The notes under the pieces are model-generated. The model saw nothing but the letters and a program-made list of their open reading frames with translations, did no database searches and was not told the DNA's origin. The position numbers and the translations under genes are program-made. Below, in pieces: positions 1 through 12,676 of a stretch of 64,000 nt of DNA. Source of the stretch: Flavipsychrobacter sp. (GTDB taxonomy: Bacteria; Bacteroidota; Bacteroidia; Chitinophagales; Chitinophagaceae); the NCBI GenBank assembly GCA_037190845.1, contig JBBCJI010000024.1, positions 27,455-91,454 of the forward strand, in the 5' to 3' direction. How positions within the stretch are numbered: position 1 is the stretch's first letter; each line of letters opens with the position of its first letter.

Positions 1-1607
1 TACAGATTGAGACTGCCGTTTAATGTAGTAGGGCCGTTGTCTGCAATGTATTTTGCAGAGTCCTGCAGCGTCAGCGGCCCGTTAAACAGGGCGGTGCCAT
101 TGTCTGCGATAAAAACAGCAGAATCTTTCATTACTACCTGTCCGTTGAATATGGAAGCTGCATTCCGGGTGTTGTATATGCTCCTGCCCGATAGCGTAAG
201 GGTACCGTCAATAGTGCCTGTTCTTTGTGTTCCGCTCGTCGGATAGGTAAGTGTGATCCGACTTTTTTCCAGAGACAGGGATGCATCCTGATCCACTTGC
301 AGTTTTTCCTGGAGTGTGAGTGTGGGAGTACCTGTACTGACAAGCCTTACCTGGCTCCGGTTGCTGATGTGCAGCACTGCCAGATTCTGTGACGGAACAT
401 CCTCAACAGTTACCGTGCCGCCATTATCAAAAACCAGGGTATCCATACTATGCGGCGTATCCCTTCGGGGAGACCAGTTAGATGCAATGGCCCAGCTACC
501 CAAGCCTGATTGCGGTATCCATGTGTAGCGCCTGGGGCCGGCTGTGCGTGTTGTTGCTGAGAGAGGATTGACGGTGTTGTATCTGGGAGCGCCGATACAA
601 TTCTGATTGTTGTAGGGAAATATGGTATACCTGTATTCTGTATGATATTGCAAACTTGAATTGGAGAAACTGACAGAAGAGCCGTTATAGACCACCCGGC
701 TGTTACCCATAATTGTATTCTGCGCATAGATTGTGCCGTTTGCAGGAAGAGAATCGGGGTAGGCATTGCCTTCTGTACGGAGTACCAGGTATGCATTTGC
801 TGCCGGAGTGCCCGGAGTGAAAGTTCCGCTAATACTGGTGAAGGATGGGGTCAGTACCAGATTGGTAGGGGCGGCTGGTGGCTGGCATATCGGCGGCCTG
901 AATGTATATGTAAGTCCGTTGGGCGGATTCTTGCCCCCGTTATATATAATATTACTGCTGGAACTTCCCCCGTTTACTGTAGAGGTCCAGTCTCCACCCG
1001 GAGAACTCCGGTGGAAAAAACTGTAGCTGCTTAGTCCGCGTAAGCCCACCTGCACGGATAAGTTACCGCTATACATGTAGCAATAGCCATATACTATGGT
1101 AGCAATATCAGAACCTTCGCTAAGGCGGATCTGGAAGTTTGCCGTGAGCGCGGAGTTGTTGGGGTATGCACCCATATCTTTCCATTGAGCTATGAAGGTT
1201 CTGTTGGGAGCAGAACCGAGCGTATCATAGCTGAGTACAGACTTCTGGCTGACGCCACCTATATCACCATCAAAGCCGCACACGAGCCTGAAATCACTGC
1301 CGCCCTGATATATCTTCCAATATCCAGTGCCTGGATCTGTTGTGCCGAAGCTGATATATCCCCGGCCTCCTATATAGATATCCCGGTAAGCCACGCCGTC
1401 CAGGTTAAAGTCAAAAGGCAGCATAAGCTTATAGCGCGAGTTGCCAATGCGTATTCCTGTGTCCAGGATATGTCCTCCGGTCAATTCGGAGTAGGTGCCC
1501 AACTGTTGTGTAAAGGAATAGTAAGGAATGTATTGTGCCTGGGATTCATGATTGCCAGTTAATAGTAGCAAGACTATGAATTTAATGTACGGGGGAATTC
1601 GCATCAT
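1..1607 (-). CDS. Large secreted repeat-rich protein, 5' part only; the gene runs off the window edge and its C-terminus is missing
   Basis: Hand translation of the minus-strand frame starting at ATG 1607 gives MMRIPPYIKFIVLLLLTGNHESQAQ..., a signal peptide, followed by a G/S/T/N/Y-rich beta-type repeat sequence. I found no stop in about 1600 nt. The other five frames contain only short ORFs. It is absent from the ORF track, presumably because it has no stop within the window. Confidence 0.5.
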   Translation of the reverse strand, partial: MMRIPPYIKFIVLLLLTGNHESQAQYIPYYSFTQQLGTYSELTGGHILDTGIRIGNSRYKLMLPFDFNLDGVAYRDIYIGGRGYISFGTTDPGTGYWKIYQGGSDFRLVCGFDGDIGGVSQKSVLSYDTLGSAPNRTFIAQWKDMGAYPNNSALTANFQIRLSEGSDIATIVYGYCYMYSGNLSVQVGLRGLSSYSFFHRSSPGGDWTSTVNGGSSSSNIIYNGGKNPPNGLTYTFRPPICQPPAAPTNLVLTPSFTSISGTFTPGTPAANAYLVLRTEGNAYPDSLPANGTIYAQNTIMGNSRVVYNGSSVSFSNSSLQYHTEYRYTIFPYNNQNCIGAPRYNTVNPLSATTRTAGPRRYTWIPQSGLGSWAIASNWSPRRDTPHSMDTLVFDNGGTVTVEDVPSQNLAVLHISNRSQVRLVSTGTPTLTLQEKLQVDQDASLSLEKSRITLTYPTSGTQRTGTIDGTLTLSGRSIYNTRNAASIFNGQVVMKDSAVFIADNGTALFNGPLTLQDSAKYIADNGPTTLNGSLNL

Positions 1608-1801
1608 GAAAATGTAAATTGAAAGTTACAAAGATATTGTAAATTTTTTTATGGCGATGGGTTGGAGCTCGGTAGGGTACAATGATCTGTCGGTTTTCTG
1701 AACATATACAACCAATTAGACAAAGATTAGGATATTGAATTACTCTATTCCCTGTTTGGATTACTCTATACAAGGCCGGTATTCAGATCGTCCAACTTTA
1801 A

Positions 1802-1809
1802 TATATTTG
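1802..1809 (+). promoter_or_regulatory. Candidate Bacteroidetes sigma-A -7 box (TATATTTG) upstream of katG
   Basis: TAnnTTTG consensus lies 22 nt upstream of the katG ATG in an AT-rich leader. Confidence 0.3.
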
Positions 1810-1815
1810 ATATAG

Positions 1816-4134
<2,319 letters not shown>

Positions 4135-4185
4135 AGAGGAGCGGGGGCAATTCAAATCTTCGCTATTCAAAAAACTGAATTTTGC

Positions 4186-4236
4186 TTCGACAGGCTTAGC
4201 AACCGTTTTCTAATGTTGGTTATTGAGCCTGTCGAA
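4186..4236. terminator. Perfect 11-bp inverted repeat (TTCGACAGGCT...AGCCTGTCGAA) with ~29-nt loop between convergent katG and the TPR gene
   Basis: Seen directly in the sequence. There is no strong T-run, so this could be a bidirectional terminator or a protein-binding site. Confidence 0.35.
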
Positions 4237-4393
4237 ATGATGCTAATGCGGATTTCAGTGTTACTGTTGATATGAACAGCAACAGAATGAGAAACTTGAT
4301 TTGTCCGGGCATGTTGTTGGTTTGGTCGCAAGCCATCAGTTTGGATATCTGGATTTTCATTTTTTACTTTCCCGGAAGGATGTTGGAATCGAA

Positions 4394-5650
4394 TTACTGG
4401 TTGCCTTCTTTGATTAACATGTAGTTGGCTATCCATTGGAAGCCGATAAATCCGATGAGAAACATTACAGCCGTCGGGTTTAATAAGGATGCTCCGGCGA
4501 ATGTTTTTATAATTGCAATAATCCCGGTAATAGCCATGAGAACGGCATATACGGGAAGTGCATTTTTCTTTTTTGAGGGTGCAAACATTGCACTGAAGGG
4601 TAGCATCATGGCAAATCCGAACAGGGCAACGGATAAAAAACGCTCATCAGACATGATAAAATAACACAGCGCTCCGATGATGAATACTAAAAAGCTGATG
4701 GCAACGAAGTTGGAACTCATCTTCTCTTTCCTGCTCAGCAGTAACTGCCCATACTTATTGAATCTCAGGAACAGGTTGCTGATGGGGTTGATGATCCACG
4801 TTGAAAATGCTATTAGCGCGAGGGCAACGATCAATGGTGTCAGATACGGCTGAAGGGCTTCATTTCGCTGAGCCAATACTCTCAGTCCTCTGAATCCCAG
4901 ATAAAATCCAATGATTACTCCCCATTGATACCGGGCAGTAAGGTTGCTTATCCAGAATGCATATTTCAGGAAGATCCGATATACCGGGTTGCCGGCTTTC
5001 AATGCTTCGAGCATGCCGGATTGTGCATATTCAGAACCAGGGTCATTTTGCAGGGATTCTTTGAAATGTTCCAATGCTTTTTTGTGATTGCCCTGTTCCA
5101 GCAGGCTCCATCCATAGTTCGCGTGGGTGTATGCGTTGTTGGGGTCTTCTCTCAGTGCACCTTCGATGGTGGCAAATGATTCCTCCGGTTTGTTGAGTTT
5201 GATCAGTGCGGTGCTTCTGGTATTCAGCGCCAGCAGGTTTTCTGCATCTATACTCAACGCTGCTCCGGCCGTTTCTAAAGCTTCCTGATATTGCTTGCGT
5301 GCCAGCAATATGTTGGCCAGTAATGCAAAATAGTCTGCATCATACGGGTCCAAAGCAACTGCTTGCCGGATGTCGTTTTCAGCTTCCCGGAGGTTATCCT
5401 CCTGTATGGCGATCCGGGAGCGTATATAAAACAAATGCGGCGCATCAGGTGAACGACCGATAGCGTTGTCGATAATGCTTCGCGCGGTATCAAATTTATC
5501 CTGTTGCAGATGCACTTCTGCAAGTAATGACTGGAGATGAACATCCCCGGAATCCATGGCCAGCATGTCTTTCAGCATTGTTTCTGCAGCAGTAAATTTC
5601 TTTTGCTTTATTAAGATGTCAACTTTTGACAATGAGTTATTGGCTGTCAT
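4394..5650 (-). CDS. TPR-repeat protein with C-terminal multi-pass membrane domain
   Basis: 418 aa. The N-terminal ~220 aa are TPR-like (repeated A/L/Y/N patterns). The C-terminal ~190 aa contain four to five hydrophobic helices. It starts 1 nt after the stop of the upstream AAA gene. Confidence 0.75.
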   Translation of the reverse strand: MTANNSLSKVDILIKQKKFTAAETMLKDMLAMDSGDVHLQSLLAEVHLQQDKFDTARSIIDNAIGRSPDAPHLFYIRSRIAIQEDNLREAENDIRQAVALDPYDADYFALLANILLARKQYQEALETAGAALSIDAENLLALNTRSTALIKLNKPEESFATIEGALREDPNNAYTHANYGWSLLEQGNHKKALEHFKESLQNDPGSEYAQSGMLEALKAGNPVYRIFLKYAFWISNLTARYQWGVIIGFYLGFRGLRVLAQRNEALQPYLTPLIVALALIAFSTWIINPISNLFLRFNKYGQLLLSRKEKMSSNFVAISFLVFIIGALCYFIMSDERFLSVALFGFAMMLPFSAMFAPSKKKNALPVYAVLMAITGIIAIIKTFAGASLLNPTAVMFLIGFIGFQWIANYMLIKEGNQ

Positions 5651-5651
5651 A

Positions 5652-6965
5652 TTATTTCCTGATTTTCATGAAGGAGAGTACGTCGTCGTACAGGCCGGCA
5701 TCGTTGGCAAACATGGCGAAGTTCTTAGCTGTTACAAACCATTCCTGTGTGCTTGGCTTGTGTTCTTTTATTGCGTTTTGCAGGTCTTTTGTACTGATCG
5801 GCTGCGGAATGCCCTCGGAGAAGGATGCTTCCAGTTTTTGCTCAATTGCGATGTCTATAATTGCATCAATATCTGCACCGGAATAGTTTTCTGTTTTCTT
5901 TGAGATGTTGCCATAGTCGATATCTCCTGTTGGCTTGTGCTGGAGCTTGAGTCTCAAAATTGATGCTCTGGACGCTTCGTCGGGAGGTGGTACAAAAATG
6001 ATCCTGTCAAATCTGCCGGGGCGCCGGAAGGCAGGATCCAGGTGCCAGGGGGTGTTGGTAGCGCCCAGTATCAATACACCGTCATTCGTATGATTGATGC
6101 CATCCAACTCCTGCAAAAACTGGTTGATCAGGTGCCTTCCGCCTGATTGTTTCATGTCGCTCCGGCTTGCTCCGAGTGCGTCGATCTCGTCAATGAACAA
6201 TACACAGGGAGTATTGTTCCTGGCCAGTTCGAAGATGTCGTGCAGGTTTTTCTCGCTGTTGCCGATCCACATGTCGAGAATATCGCTCAATCCTACGCTT
6301 ATGAAACGGGCGTTTACCTGTCCTGCGGTAGCTTTTGCGATGTATGTCTTGCCACATCCCGGAGGGCCGTAAAGCAGTATGCCGCCACCTGTTTTCTTGC
6401 CGTATGCTTTATATAGCTCCGGATGAAGCAGGGGCTTGATGATTTTCAACTCAATTTCTTTTTTTACGGATTCCATCCCTCCGACGTCACTGAAACGAAT
6501 ATCAGGCTTTTGCAGAAACCGGTCATCTGTTTCCAGATCGGCTTCTTCTTCCGGTCTGTTGTAGTTACCTCTCAGCCGGAGGTGCTGATCGAGTTCTTCA
6601 TCAAAATAACCCGGGGCGATCGCTAATGCATTCCGGTACATCTCAATTGCTTTGGCCATCTCATTTTCTTTCAGCAAGCCCTTGGCGTATAAGCTGAATG
6701 TGTTTAAGTCCTGAATACCTTGCTCGATTATCTCTTCAAGAATTACATTACATGCGGCGTAATTTCCTTTTTTATAGAAAGTACCAGCCAGCCCTGTTTT
6801 GGCTTTTATGTCTGATGAGGTATTTAATAACGTCCGGTATTCTGTTTCTGCCTCGTCAAGTCTGTTCAGCGCCAGAAACGTATCGGCGAGCAAAAAACGT
6901 AGTGGCTCATTGTCCGGTGAATGCTTCAGCGCTTCTCTCAGGCTGTGAATCGTATCATTATTCAT
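5652..6965 (-). CDS. TPR-AAA+ ATPase (classic AAA, CDC48/FtsH-type module)
   Basis: 437 aa. N-terminal TPRs precede Walker A (GPPGCGKT), Walker B (VLFIDEIDAL) and the second region of homology (TNTPWHLDPAFRRPGRFD). Confidence 0.85.
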   Translation of the reverse strand: MNNDTIHSLREALKHSPDNEPLRFLLADTFLALNRLDEAETEYRTLLNTSSDIKAKTGLAGTFYKKGNYAACNVILEEIIEQGIQDLNTFSLYAKGLLKENEMAKAIEMYRNALAIAPGYFDEELDQHLRLRGNYNRPEEEADLETDDRFLQKPDIRFSDVGGMESVKKEIELKIIKPLLHPELYKAYGKKTGGGILLYGPPGCGKTYIAKATAGQVNARFISVGLSDILDMWIGNSEKNLHDIFELARNNTPCVLFIDEIDALGASRSDMKQSGGRHLINQFLQELDGINHTNDGVLILGATNTPWHLDPAFRRPGRFDRIIFVPPPDEASRASILRLKLQHKPTGDIDYGNISKKTENYSGADIDAIIDIAIEQKLEASFSEGIPQPISTKDLQNAIKEHKPSTQEWFVTAKNFAMFANDAGLYDDVLSFMKIRK

Positions 6966-7119
6966 ACATTGGGTATTGTTCTTTCAGCAACAGGATTTTG
7001 GTCAATGAGCTGCTGTATGAGTGTCGGATATATTATAGCCTTGAATGAAGGAAGATGTGTTTTTACAGTTTTCCAACGAAGCTGCTAAATTTAAGCCGCT
7101 TGTCGTTGTACTCAAACGA

Positions 7120-7491
7120 TCAAACGGTAACCTCTTTGGGGTTGGCGCCGTATTTATTGGGGCCCGGCTTACCCTCGGTTGCCAGCATGACGATCAGGAT
7201 GATCGCTCCGACAATCGGAATCAACCCGAGCAGAATTGTCCAGCCACTTCGCCCTGTATCGTGTAATCTTCTAACGGTAACGGCCAGCGAGGGAATCAAT
7301 ATTACAAGTGAATACAGCCCGCCGAATAATCCCAATCCAAACTGAGCACTATAAGTGCCTATGAACCCATCAATAGCTCCAAGTACAAAGCTGATAATGA
7401 TATTGAATAAAAGGAACATCCAATACTCTTTTCGGCGTGCTCTGCCACTGAAGTCAGCATACTGTCTTAAAACTTTTAAATACCAGTTCAT
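7120..7491 (-). CDS. DUF805 (YhaH-like) inner membrane protein
   Basis: RRKEYW motif and three hydrophobic helices; 123 aa. Confidence 0.8.
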   Translation of the reverse strand: MNWYLKVLRQYADFSGRARRKEYWMFLLFNIIISFVLGAIDGFIGTYSAQFGLGLFGGLYSLVILIPSLAVTVRRLHDTGRSGWTILLGLIPIVGAIILIVMLATEGKPGPNKYGANPKEVTV

Positions 7492-7627
7492 GTTTTCTTA
7501 TTTTTTGTTTTAATAATAGAAAGTAGATATAAGATGTAGCAACTTGCCCATAAATCATAAATATACGTATTTATTTGTTTTCTGCATTATGTCGACTCAT
7601 AGTATCCAGGTCACCGATAATCAGTTT

Positions 7628-8110
7628 TTACTGATTTTCATTTAAAATCACTTTCCATTTCCCGCTTTCTGCAAATTCCCTGATGATCCCGTTTCTTTTG
7701 ATGAGGAAGTTCTTCATGTAGGTCTTCAATACGAGTTTGTTGAAGAGCTTGCCTAAGATTCCATACGGAGCATGAAATTCGAAAATATCCGTCATTATTG
7801 TTTTATCGCCGGTTTGCTCAAAATGATGCTGGTGAAATATGGATTTGAATATTCCATTCACCTGTTCGTCAACAAAGTAAACGGGCCTTTCAAATGCGGT
7901 TATTTTTGAAGTCAGTTTTTGTCTTATACCAAAATGAGTGGCTTGCCAGGTTACGGTTTCGTTCAGGTTGATCAGGCCGGAGGTTCTTCCTGCAATGGCT
8001 TCTTCGTTGGTGCCGGCAGTTGAAATTGCGTGCAGGTCTATGCTTCTTGAAAGGTCGAAGCAGATTTCAATCGGTGCGTTAATTTCTGTTTTCAGTTTGA
8101 TTACGGGCAT
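7628..8110 (-). CDS. SRPBCC (START/Bet v1-like, polyketide cyclase-type) family protein
   Basis: 160 aa with a typical SRPBCC length and pattern. The call rests on weak pattern recognition only. Confidence 0.6.
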   Translation of the reverse strand: MPVIKLKTEINAPIEICFDLSRSIDLHAISTAGTNEEAIAGRTSGLINLNETVTWQATHFGIRQKLTSKITAFERPVYFVDEQVNGIFKSIFHQHHFEQTGDKTIMTDIFEFHAPYGILGKLFNKLVLKTYMKNFLIKRNGIIREFAESGKWKVILNENQ

Positions 8111-8188
8111 TTTGTAGCATTATCTGTTTAGATGTTGTTTCATTTATCGTTGACAGACAATCATATGTTGGTTTGATTTTCCATTTGT

Positions 8189-10276
8189 CTAAAATAAGAT
8201 TTTAGCGCCACCGTAATAATTTCTTTTCGGCGCAGGATTAAAGAAACGGTTGCCGAAAGCATTGATGTCATTACCCAGGCTATAGCGCTCGTTTAATAAG
8301 TTGTCTATGCCTGCAAAAAAATGTACTTGCAGGGATGGGCGTATTTTCCATTCCCGGGTTACCTTGAGCTGTACCAGATGAAAGGGATCTGCAAATACGC
8401 TGTTGGCGTCATTCAATGGCATTGCTGACGTATAATTATGGGAAATGTTCAGACCGGTTGCAGCAGGTAAACTTATGAGTAGCACATTTGTCCATACCCG
8501 GTCTGGCACCGCTGTAACTTTATTCCGGGAAAAATCATCGGTATCTGTCTGGTAATTCCCGAAGCGGTAATGGTTCCAGGATACCGCCGATTGCAGGCTA
8601 AGCTTTCGTATCAGCCTGTTATTTTGCCATGGCAGGAGGTAAGCCCAGACAGAGGCTTCGATGCCTTTCTGTTTGATCTCACCTGCATTTACATAAAATT
8701 CGGCGCCGTTGTCACGAAGGCGGCGCACGATGCCGTTTTTCATCAGGTAATTATATGCGCTTACATCGGCAATAAATCTCCTGTTGGTTGTTTCCAGCCG
8801 TAAGCCGATTTCATAATTGATACCGGTTTCTGCACCCAGAGTGGTATTAATGATGTTGTCCGAAGAACGGACTTCGGCGATAGCAGGCGGAGAATAGCCT
8901 TTTGAAACAGAACCGCGAACAGCAAATCCGTTATTCAGCAAATAAGAAGTGCCCACTCTGGGCATCCAGATACTTCCGAAATTGATATGCCCGTCCGGGT
9001 TTGCGATCTGAGGATAGCGTTGCTTATAGCTGATCGCTGCTTGGTTTAAACCCAGAGAAGCTTCGATTGTCCATCGTTTGTAAAAACGGGCCATGGTGCG
9101 GTAGAAGAAACTGTTTTGAGTATTAGTCAGGTTGTCTTTTGCCTGCGGTGCGGCGGCAATTCCCTGTTCGTTATTGTAATTGTCAATTTTGTTCCAGCCC
9201 TTTTGCCCTTCAAAGCCCAGTTGCATTTGCCACTGAAACTGCTCCCGGTTGTTGTTTTTATATGAAATCCAGGTGCGGATACCCAGGTTGTTTTCTTTCC
9301 TGAATTCATAATTGGTAATAAACGGATTTTCAAAATCCGTGTGGGAACCGAAAATACTGACCGTATGGGATAGCTGTTCGTTGAATTTTGTCTCATGTGC
9401 AATTCCGCCAAAGAATGTCTTGTTGCGGATCCCCGCTTTCTGATCTTTGGCGGAAGGATTGGGGCCACCGGCAGGACGTGCCATTCTTGGATTTTCCAGC
9501 ATCTGGCTTTCGGTAAGTCCGCCGGGAGTACGATAAGCCAGATCCGTGTATAAGGTGATCAGCCTTATTTCGCTGCGTTTTGAATACAACCATCTGTGGG
9601 CTGTCTGAAAAGTTTTTTTGTTCAAGGCCGTGTTCTCCCGGTAACCATCCGATCGTGTAAATGACTGGTCAACTGAAAATGCATACTTGTCGTTTACTTT
9701 CCGTTGCACTGAAAGCTGCTCCTGGAACAATCCGAAAGACCCGCCGCTCAGCAATAGGGAACCCCGGTTTTCCTGCACATCAAATCCTTTGGGCTGCATG
9801 CGGATCACACCACCGGAATTGGCGCCGTACAGAGAGCCGTCCGGCCCTTTCAGAATGTGTATTGAGGATATAGATGCGGGGTCTGTCAGGTTCAGATAGG
9901 TATTGCCGCCTGCATCGGTTAACGGGAATTCATCCAGATACATTTTTATGTTGCGGATACCAAAAGGAGAACGGATCAGGCTGCCCCGCATGGCTAAGCG
10001 ATAGCTTCCGGGAGAACGTTCTTCCATACGGATTCCCGGTACGGTGTTCAACGCAGGCAAAAGCGTTGTGGTCTGTTGCATCCCGATCGTCCCGGAAGAA
10101 ATGGTATGGGCCGAAGCAGTTAACCCTAAAACGGGCTGCTGGCTGAAATAGGCTACTATCGCTACCGGTTCAAGCTCTGCTTCCATGTTCCGGTATACAG
10201 TATCCGGCGCTTGTCCATACAGCATTGGAAAAGAGCTGACGAAAAATATAAGCAGGAACGTGATTACACGAGGCAT
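8189..10276 (-). CDS. TonB-dependent outer-membrane receptor
   Basis: Signal peptide (MPRVITFLLIFFVSSFPMLYGQ), plug-domain motifs and a C-terminal aromatic residue (...AKILF). The ORF track start at 10348 overlaps the upstream gene, so I prefer the internal Met at 10276. Confidence 0.9.
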   Translation of the reverse strand: MPRVITFLLIFFVSSFPMLYGQAPDTVYRNMEAELEPVAIVAYFSQQPVLGLTASAHTISSGTIGMQQTTTLLPALNTVPGIRMEERSPGSYRLAMRGSLIRSPFGIRNIKMYLDEFPLTDAGGNTYLNLTDPASISSIHILKGPDGSLYGANSGGVIRMQPKGFDVQENRGSLLLSGGSFGLFQEQLSVQRKVNDKYAFSVDQSFTRSDGYRENTALNKKTFQTAHRWLYSKRSEIRLITLYTDLAYRTPGGLTESQMLENPRMARPAGGPNPSAKDQKAGIRNKTFFGGIAHETKFNEQLSHTVSIFGSHTDFENPFITNYEFRKENNLGIRTWISYKNNNREQFQWQMQLGFEGQKGWNKIDNYNNEQGIAAAPQAKDNLTNTQNSFFYRTMARFYKRWTIEASLGLNQAAISYKQRYPQIANPDGHINFGSIWMPRVGTSYLLNNGFAVRGSVSKGYSPPAIAEVRSSDNIINTTLGAETGINYEIGLRLETTNRRFIADVSAYNYLMKNGIVRRLRDNGAEFYVNAGEIKQKGIEASVWAYLLPWQNNRLIRKLSLQSAVSWNHYRFGNYQTDTDDFSRNKVTAVPDRVWTNVLLISLPAATGLNISHNYTSAMPLNDANSVFADPFHLVQLKVTREWKIRPSLQVHFFAGIDNLLNERYSLGNDINAFGNRFFNPAPKRNYYGGAKILF

Positions 10277-10313
10277 CCAGGTTGTTTTGGTGGTTGTTTT
10301 ATCCCGGCATGCT

Positions 10314-11549
10314 TTATTTTTTAGCGATCCTGTACAATCTGCCCTCATCTGTTATGGCATATAATGCGCCGTCCTTTCCTTGTGTAATATCCCTGAAACG
10401 CTGTTTTTCGCCGGCCAGTATCCGTTCTTCTCCTGTTACTTTATTGTCTTTTATAATGACCCTTGCGATATGGTAGCTGTTCAATCCTGTGATGAAGAGG
10501 TTGTTCTGCCATTCGGGAATATGATTGCCTGTATAGAAGGTCATCCCGCTTGGCGAGAGTACCGGATCCCAGTAATAAACAGGTTGCTCCATGCCCTCTT
10601 TTTGCTGTATGGGCGGATTGCCGATTGCCTCTCCGCTATATTCAAGGCCGTAGGTGATGACCGGCCAGCCGTAGTTGGCGCCTGGTTTGATCAGGTTCAG
10701 CTCATCTCCGCCGCGGGGGCCAAATTCGTTGTTCCATAACACACCGGTTTCGGGGTGGATGGCCAGTCCCTGTGTGTTCCGGTGACCGTAGCTGTATATT
10801 TCGGGCAGCGCACCGGACCGGCTCTCAAACGGATTTCCGGTAACGGGTTTTCCGCCTGTTGTGATACGCAGGATTTTACCGAAGGCTGATTTCAGGTCCT
10901 GTGATTGATGGCGGGTTTCTTTGTCCGAACGTTCGCCTGTACTTACAAACAGGTTGCCGTCTTTATCAAATATGATGCGTCCGCCATAGTGTTTGGTGCC
11001 GTCATAGGTGGGTAATGCACGATAGATGACTTGTACATTTTCTATGGTCTTTTCGTCATCAGCCAGTCGTCCTTTGGCTACTGCGGTATGGTTGCCTCCC
11101 GCTACTTTTTCCGAGAACACCCAATAGATCATTCTGCCGGATGAAAAATCAGGGGATAAGGTAAGGCCTAACAGGCCGCCCTGCCCCCTGTCGTCCACTT
11201 CGGGAATGCCTGTGATGGGGTCACTGATCTGACCATTTACCCCGTTCACAATGCGCATTTTCCCCTTGTTTTCGGTAATGAGCAGTCTCCCATCGGGGAG
11301 TGCTGCGATACCCCATGGTGATTTCAGGGATTTGGTCACGATTGTGCTTTCGTAGGACGTACTTGTCTTTACTCCGGGGGCTCTTGTCTGCCCGGGGAAA
11401 GCCGGTTTGTAATCCGTGTTAGGTTTCTTGGTTTCTACAGGAGCTGCGGACGTTGTATCTGAATGGATATTTTGCTCAGACGAAGCGGTAGAACCATTGC
11501 AGGAAGCAAATGATATGGCAATTAAATACAAAGACAATATAGGATTCAT
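10314..11549 (-). CDS. PQQ-dependent soluble sugar (glucose/sorbosone) dehydrogenase, lipoprotein
   Basis: Lipoprotein signal (SFASC), then beta-propeller motifs such as SPWGIAALPDGRLLITE and GQGGLLGL, typical of the YliI/GSDH family. Confidence 0.8.
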   Translation of the reverse strand: MNPILSLYLIAISFASCNGSTASSEQNIHSDTTSAAPVETKKPNTDYKPAFPGQTRAPGVKTSTSYESTIVTKSLKSPWGIAALPDGRLLITENKGKMRIVNGVNGQISDPITGIPEVDDRGQGGLLGLTLSPDFSSGRMIYWVFSEKVAGGNHTAVAKGRLADDEKTIENVQVIYRALPTYDGTKHYGGRIIFDKDGNLFVSTGERSDKETRHQSQDLKSAFGKILRITTGGKPVTGNPFESRSGALPEIYSYGHRNTQGLAIHPETGVLWNNEFGPRGGDELNLIKPGANYGWPVITYGLEYSGEAIGNPPIQQKEGMEQPVYYWDPVLSPSGMTFYTGNHIPEWQNNLFITGLNSYHIARVIIKDNKVTGEERILAGEKQRFRDITQGKDGALYAITDEGRLYRIAKK

Positions 11550-11740
11550 GATTTATATGAATTTGATGTAAAGAACCACCGTAATCACGGAGATGGAATA
11601 AGCCTCTAAAACCGTGCCTGCGATAAAATCAATCCATTCTTACCGGAATCAGCCGGTTGAATCACTGATCTGTTATTTACTGGTGGCGGCTCTTGCTATT
11701 TCCTTCAGGCTGCCGGCTGTGACTTTACAGATATCCTCTG

Positions 11741-11938
11741 CTATTCTGTTTTGCCCTTCAGCGTTGCGTATATGGCCATGGCGTGTCCGTGCCCCAGTTC
11801 CAGCTTTTTGTCTGCCGATATGGTCAGTTCGTCAATTACTGCCAGGATTTTTTGTACCTCGGCTTCCGTATAGATATCATCCACGATCGCAAAACCGTTT
11901 TCCGAGAGGTCGTCTTTGTACTTGGCCAGGTGTTCCAA
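11741..11938 (-). pseudogene. N-terminal fragment of a PhyH-family dioxygenase, paralogous to the gene at 24901..25626
   Basis: Its 65 aa MEHLAKYKDDLSENGFAIVDDIYTEAEVQKILAVIDE... align with the first ~60 aa of the 241-aa protein at 24901..25626 (MEHFIKHKQALSENGFAIIDDIYTETEVQNILTAINE...). The reading frame then ends, and the downstream sequence has stops in every frame. Confidence 0.5.
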
Positions 11939-12293
11939 TGTGAGCGCGTTGTTATTGTGCGAAATAAATGTACTGAAAAATACATTTTTTTTCTATCCGG
12001 GATATTAAGTAGCAGCGACTCCGGGGAGTTAGCGGGGGCAGAAATAATTGGTCCCCGGGTTTATTTCAGCCGTTTTAATTAATTTACCCTGAAATCCGTC
12101 GGCAATTCCGGGAGGGGCTGCGAATTTCTTGTCATAAGGCAAGTTGATAGATTCTATTTTGCAGTAGAAATGAATGCAGGCGGAGATCGTAAATGAATGA
12201 TAGCCTGCTTTCATATCCGCAAACAATCATTTCGGAGCGTTCAAGCGCAGGCATGATTCTTATTGGCTAATAATGATTTTAAAAGCAAAGACG

Positions 12294-12668
12294 ATGAGAA
12301 AATACAAGATCATATTCTGGATAAGTACGCTGATCATATTCCTGTGGGAAGGTCTGATGCCGCTGGGTACGCTGCTTTTTGCACCGGAGTACGCTACCGT
12401 GGGCACAAAGCCATTGGGCTATCCCGATTACTTTGCTTATTCGCTGATCATTTTCAAGGTGCTGGGAACAACAGCTTTAATCATTCCCAAAATGCACCCG
12501 AAAATAGTGGAATGGGCTTATGCCGGTTTGATGTTCAATCTGATATTCGCTGTGATCAGTCACGTCGCGGTAGACAAGAACATCGGCTTTATCCTGATGC
12601 CCATCGTCTTTGGTGCTATTCTGGCTGTGTCGTATGTGTATCGTCAGAAATTGCAGCGCAATGGCTAA
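12294..12668 (+). CDS. DoxX-like family membrane protein
   Basis: Four TM helices with the EWAYAGLMFNL motif. It is paralogous to 13050..13430. Confidence 0.7.
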   Translation: MRKYKIIFWISTLIIFLWEGLMPLGTLLFAPEYATVGTKPLGYPDYFAYSLIIFKVLGTTALIIPKMHPKIVEWAYAGLMFNLIFAVISHVAVDKNIGFILMPIVFGAILAVSYVYRQKLQRNG

Positions 12669-12676
12669 AGCAGATT

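Noticed and set aside
11953-11990. AAATGTA-ctgaaaaa-TACATTT followed by T8 as a plus-strand Rho-independent terminator
   Set aside because: No plus-strand gene ends upstream. The element lies in the promoter region of the minus-strand PhyH fragment and is better read as a -7 box or operator. The AT-only stem is weak.
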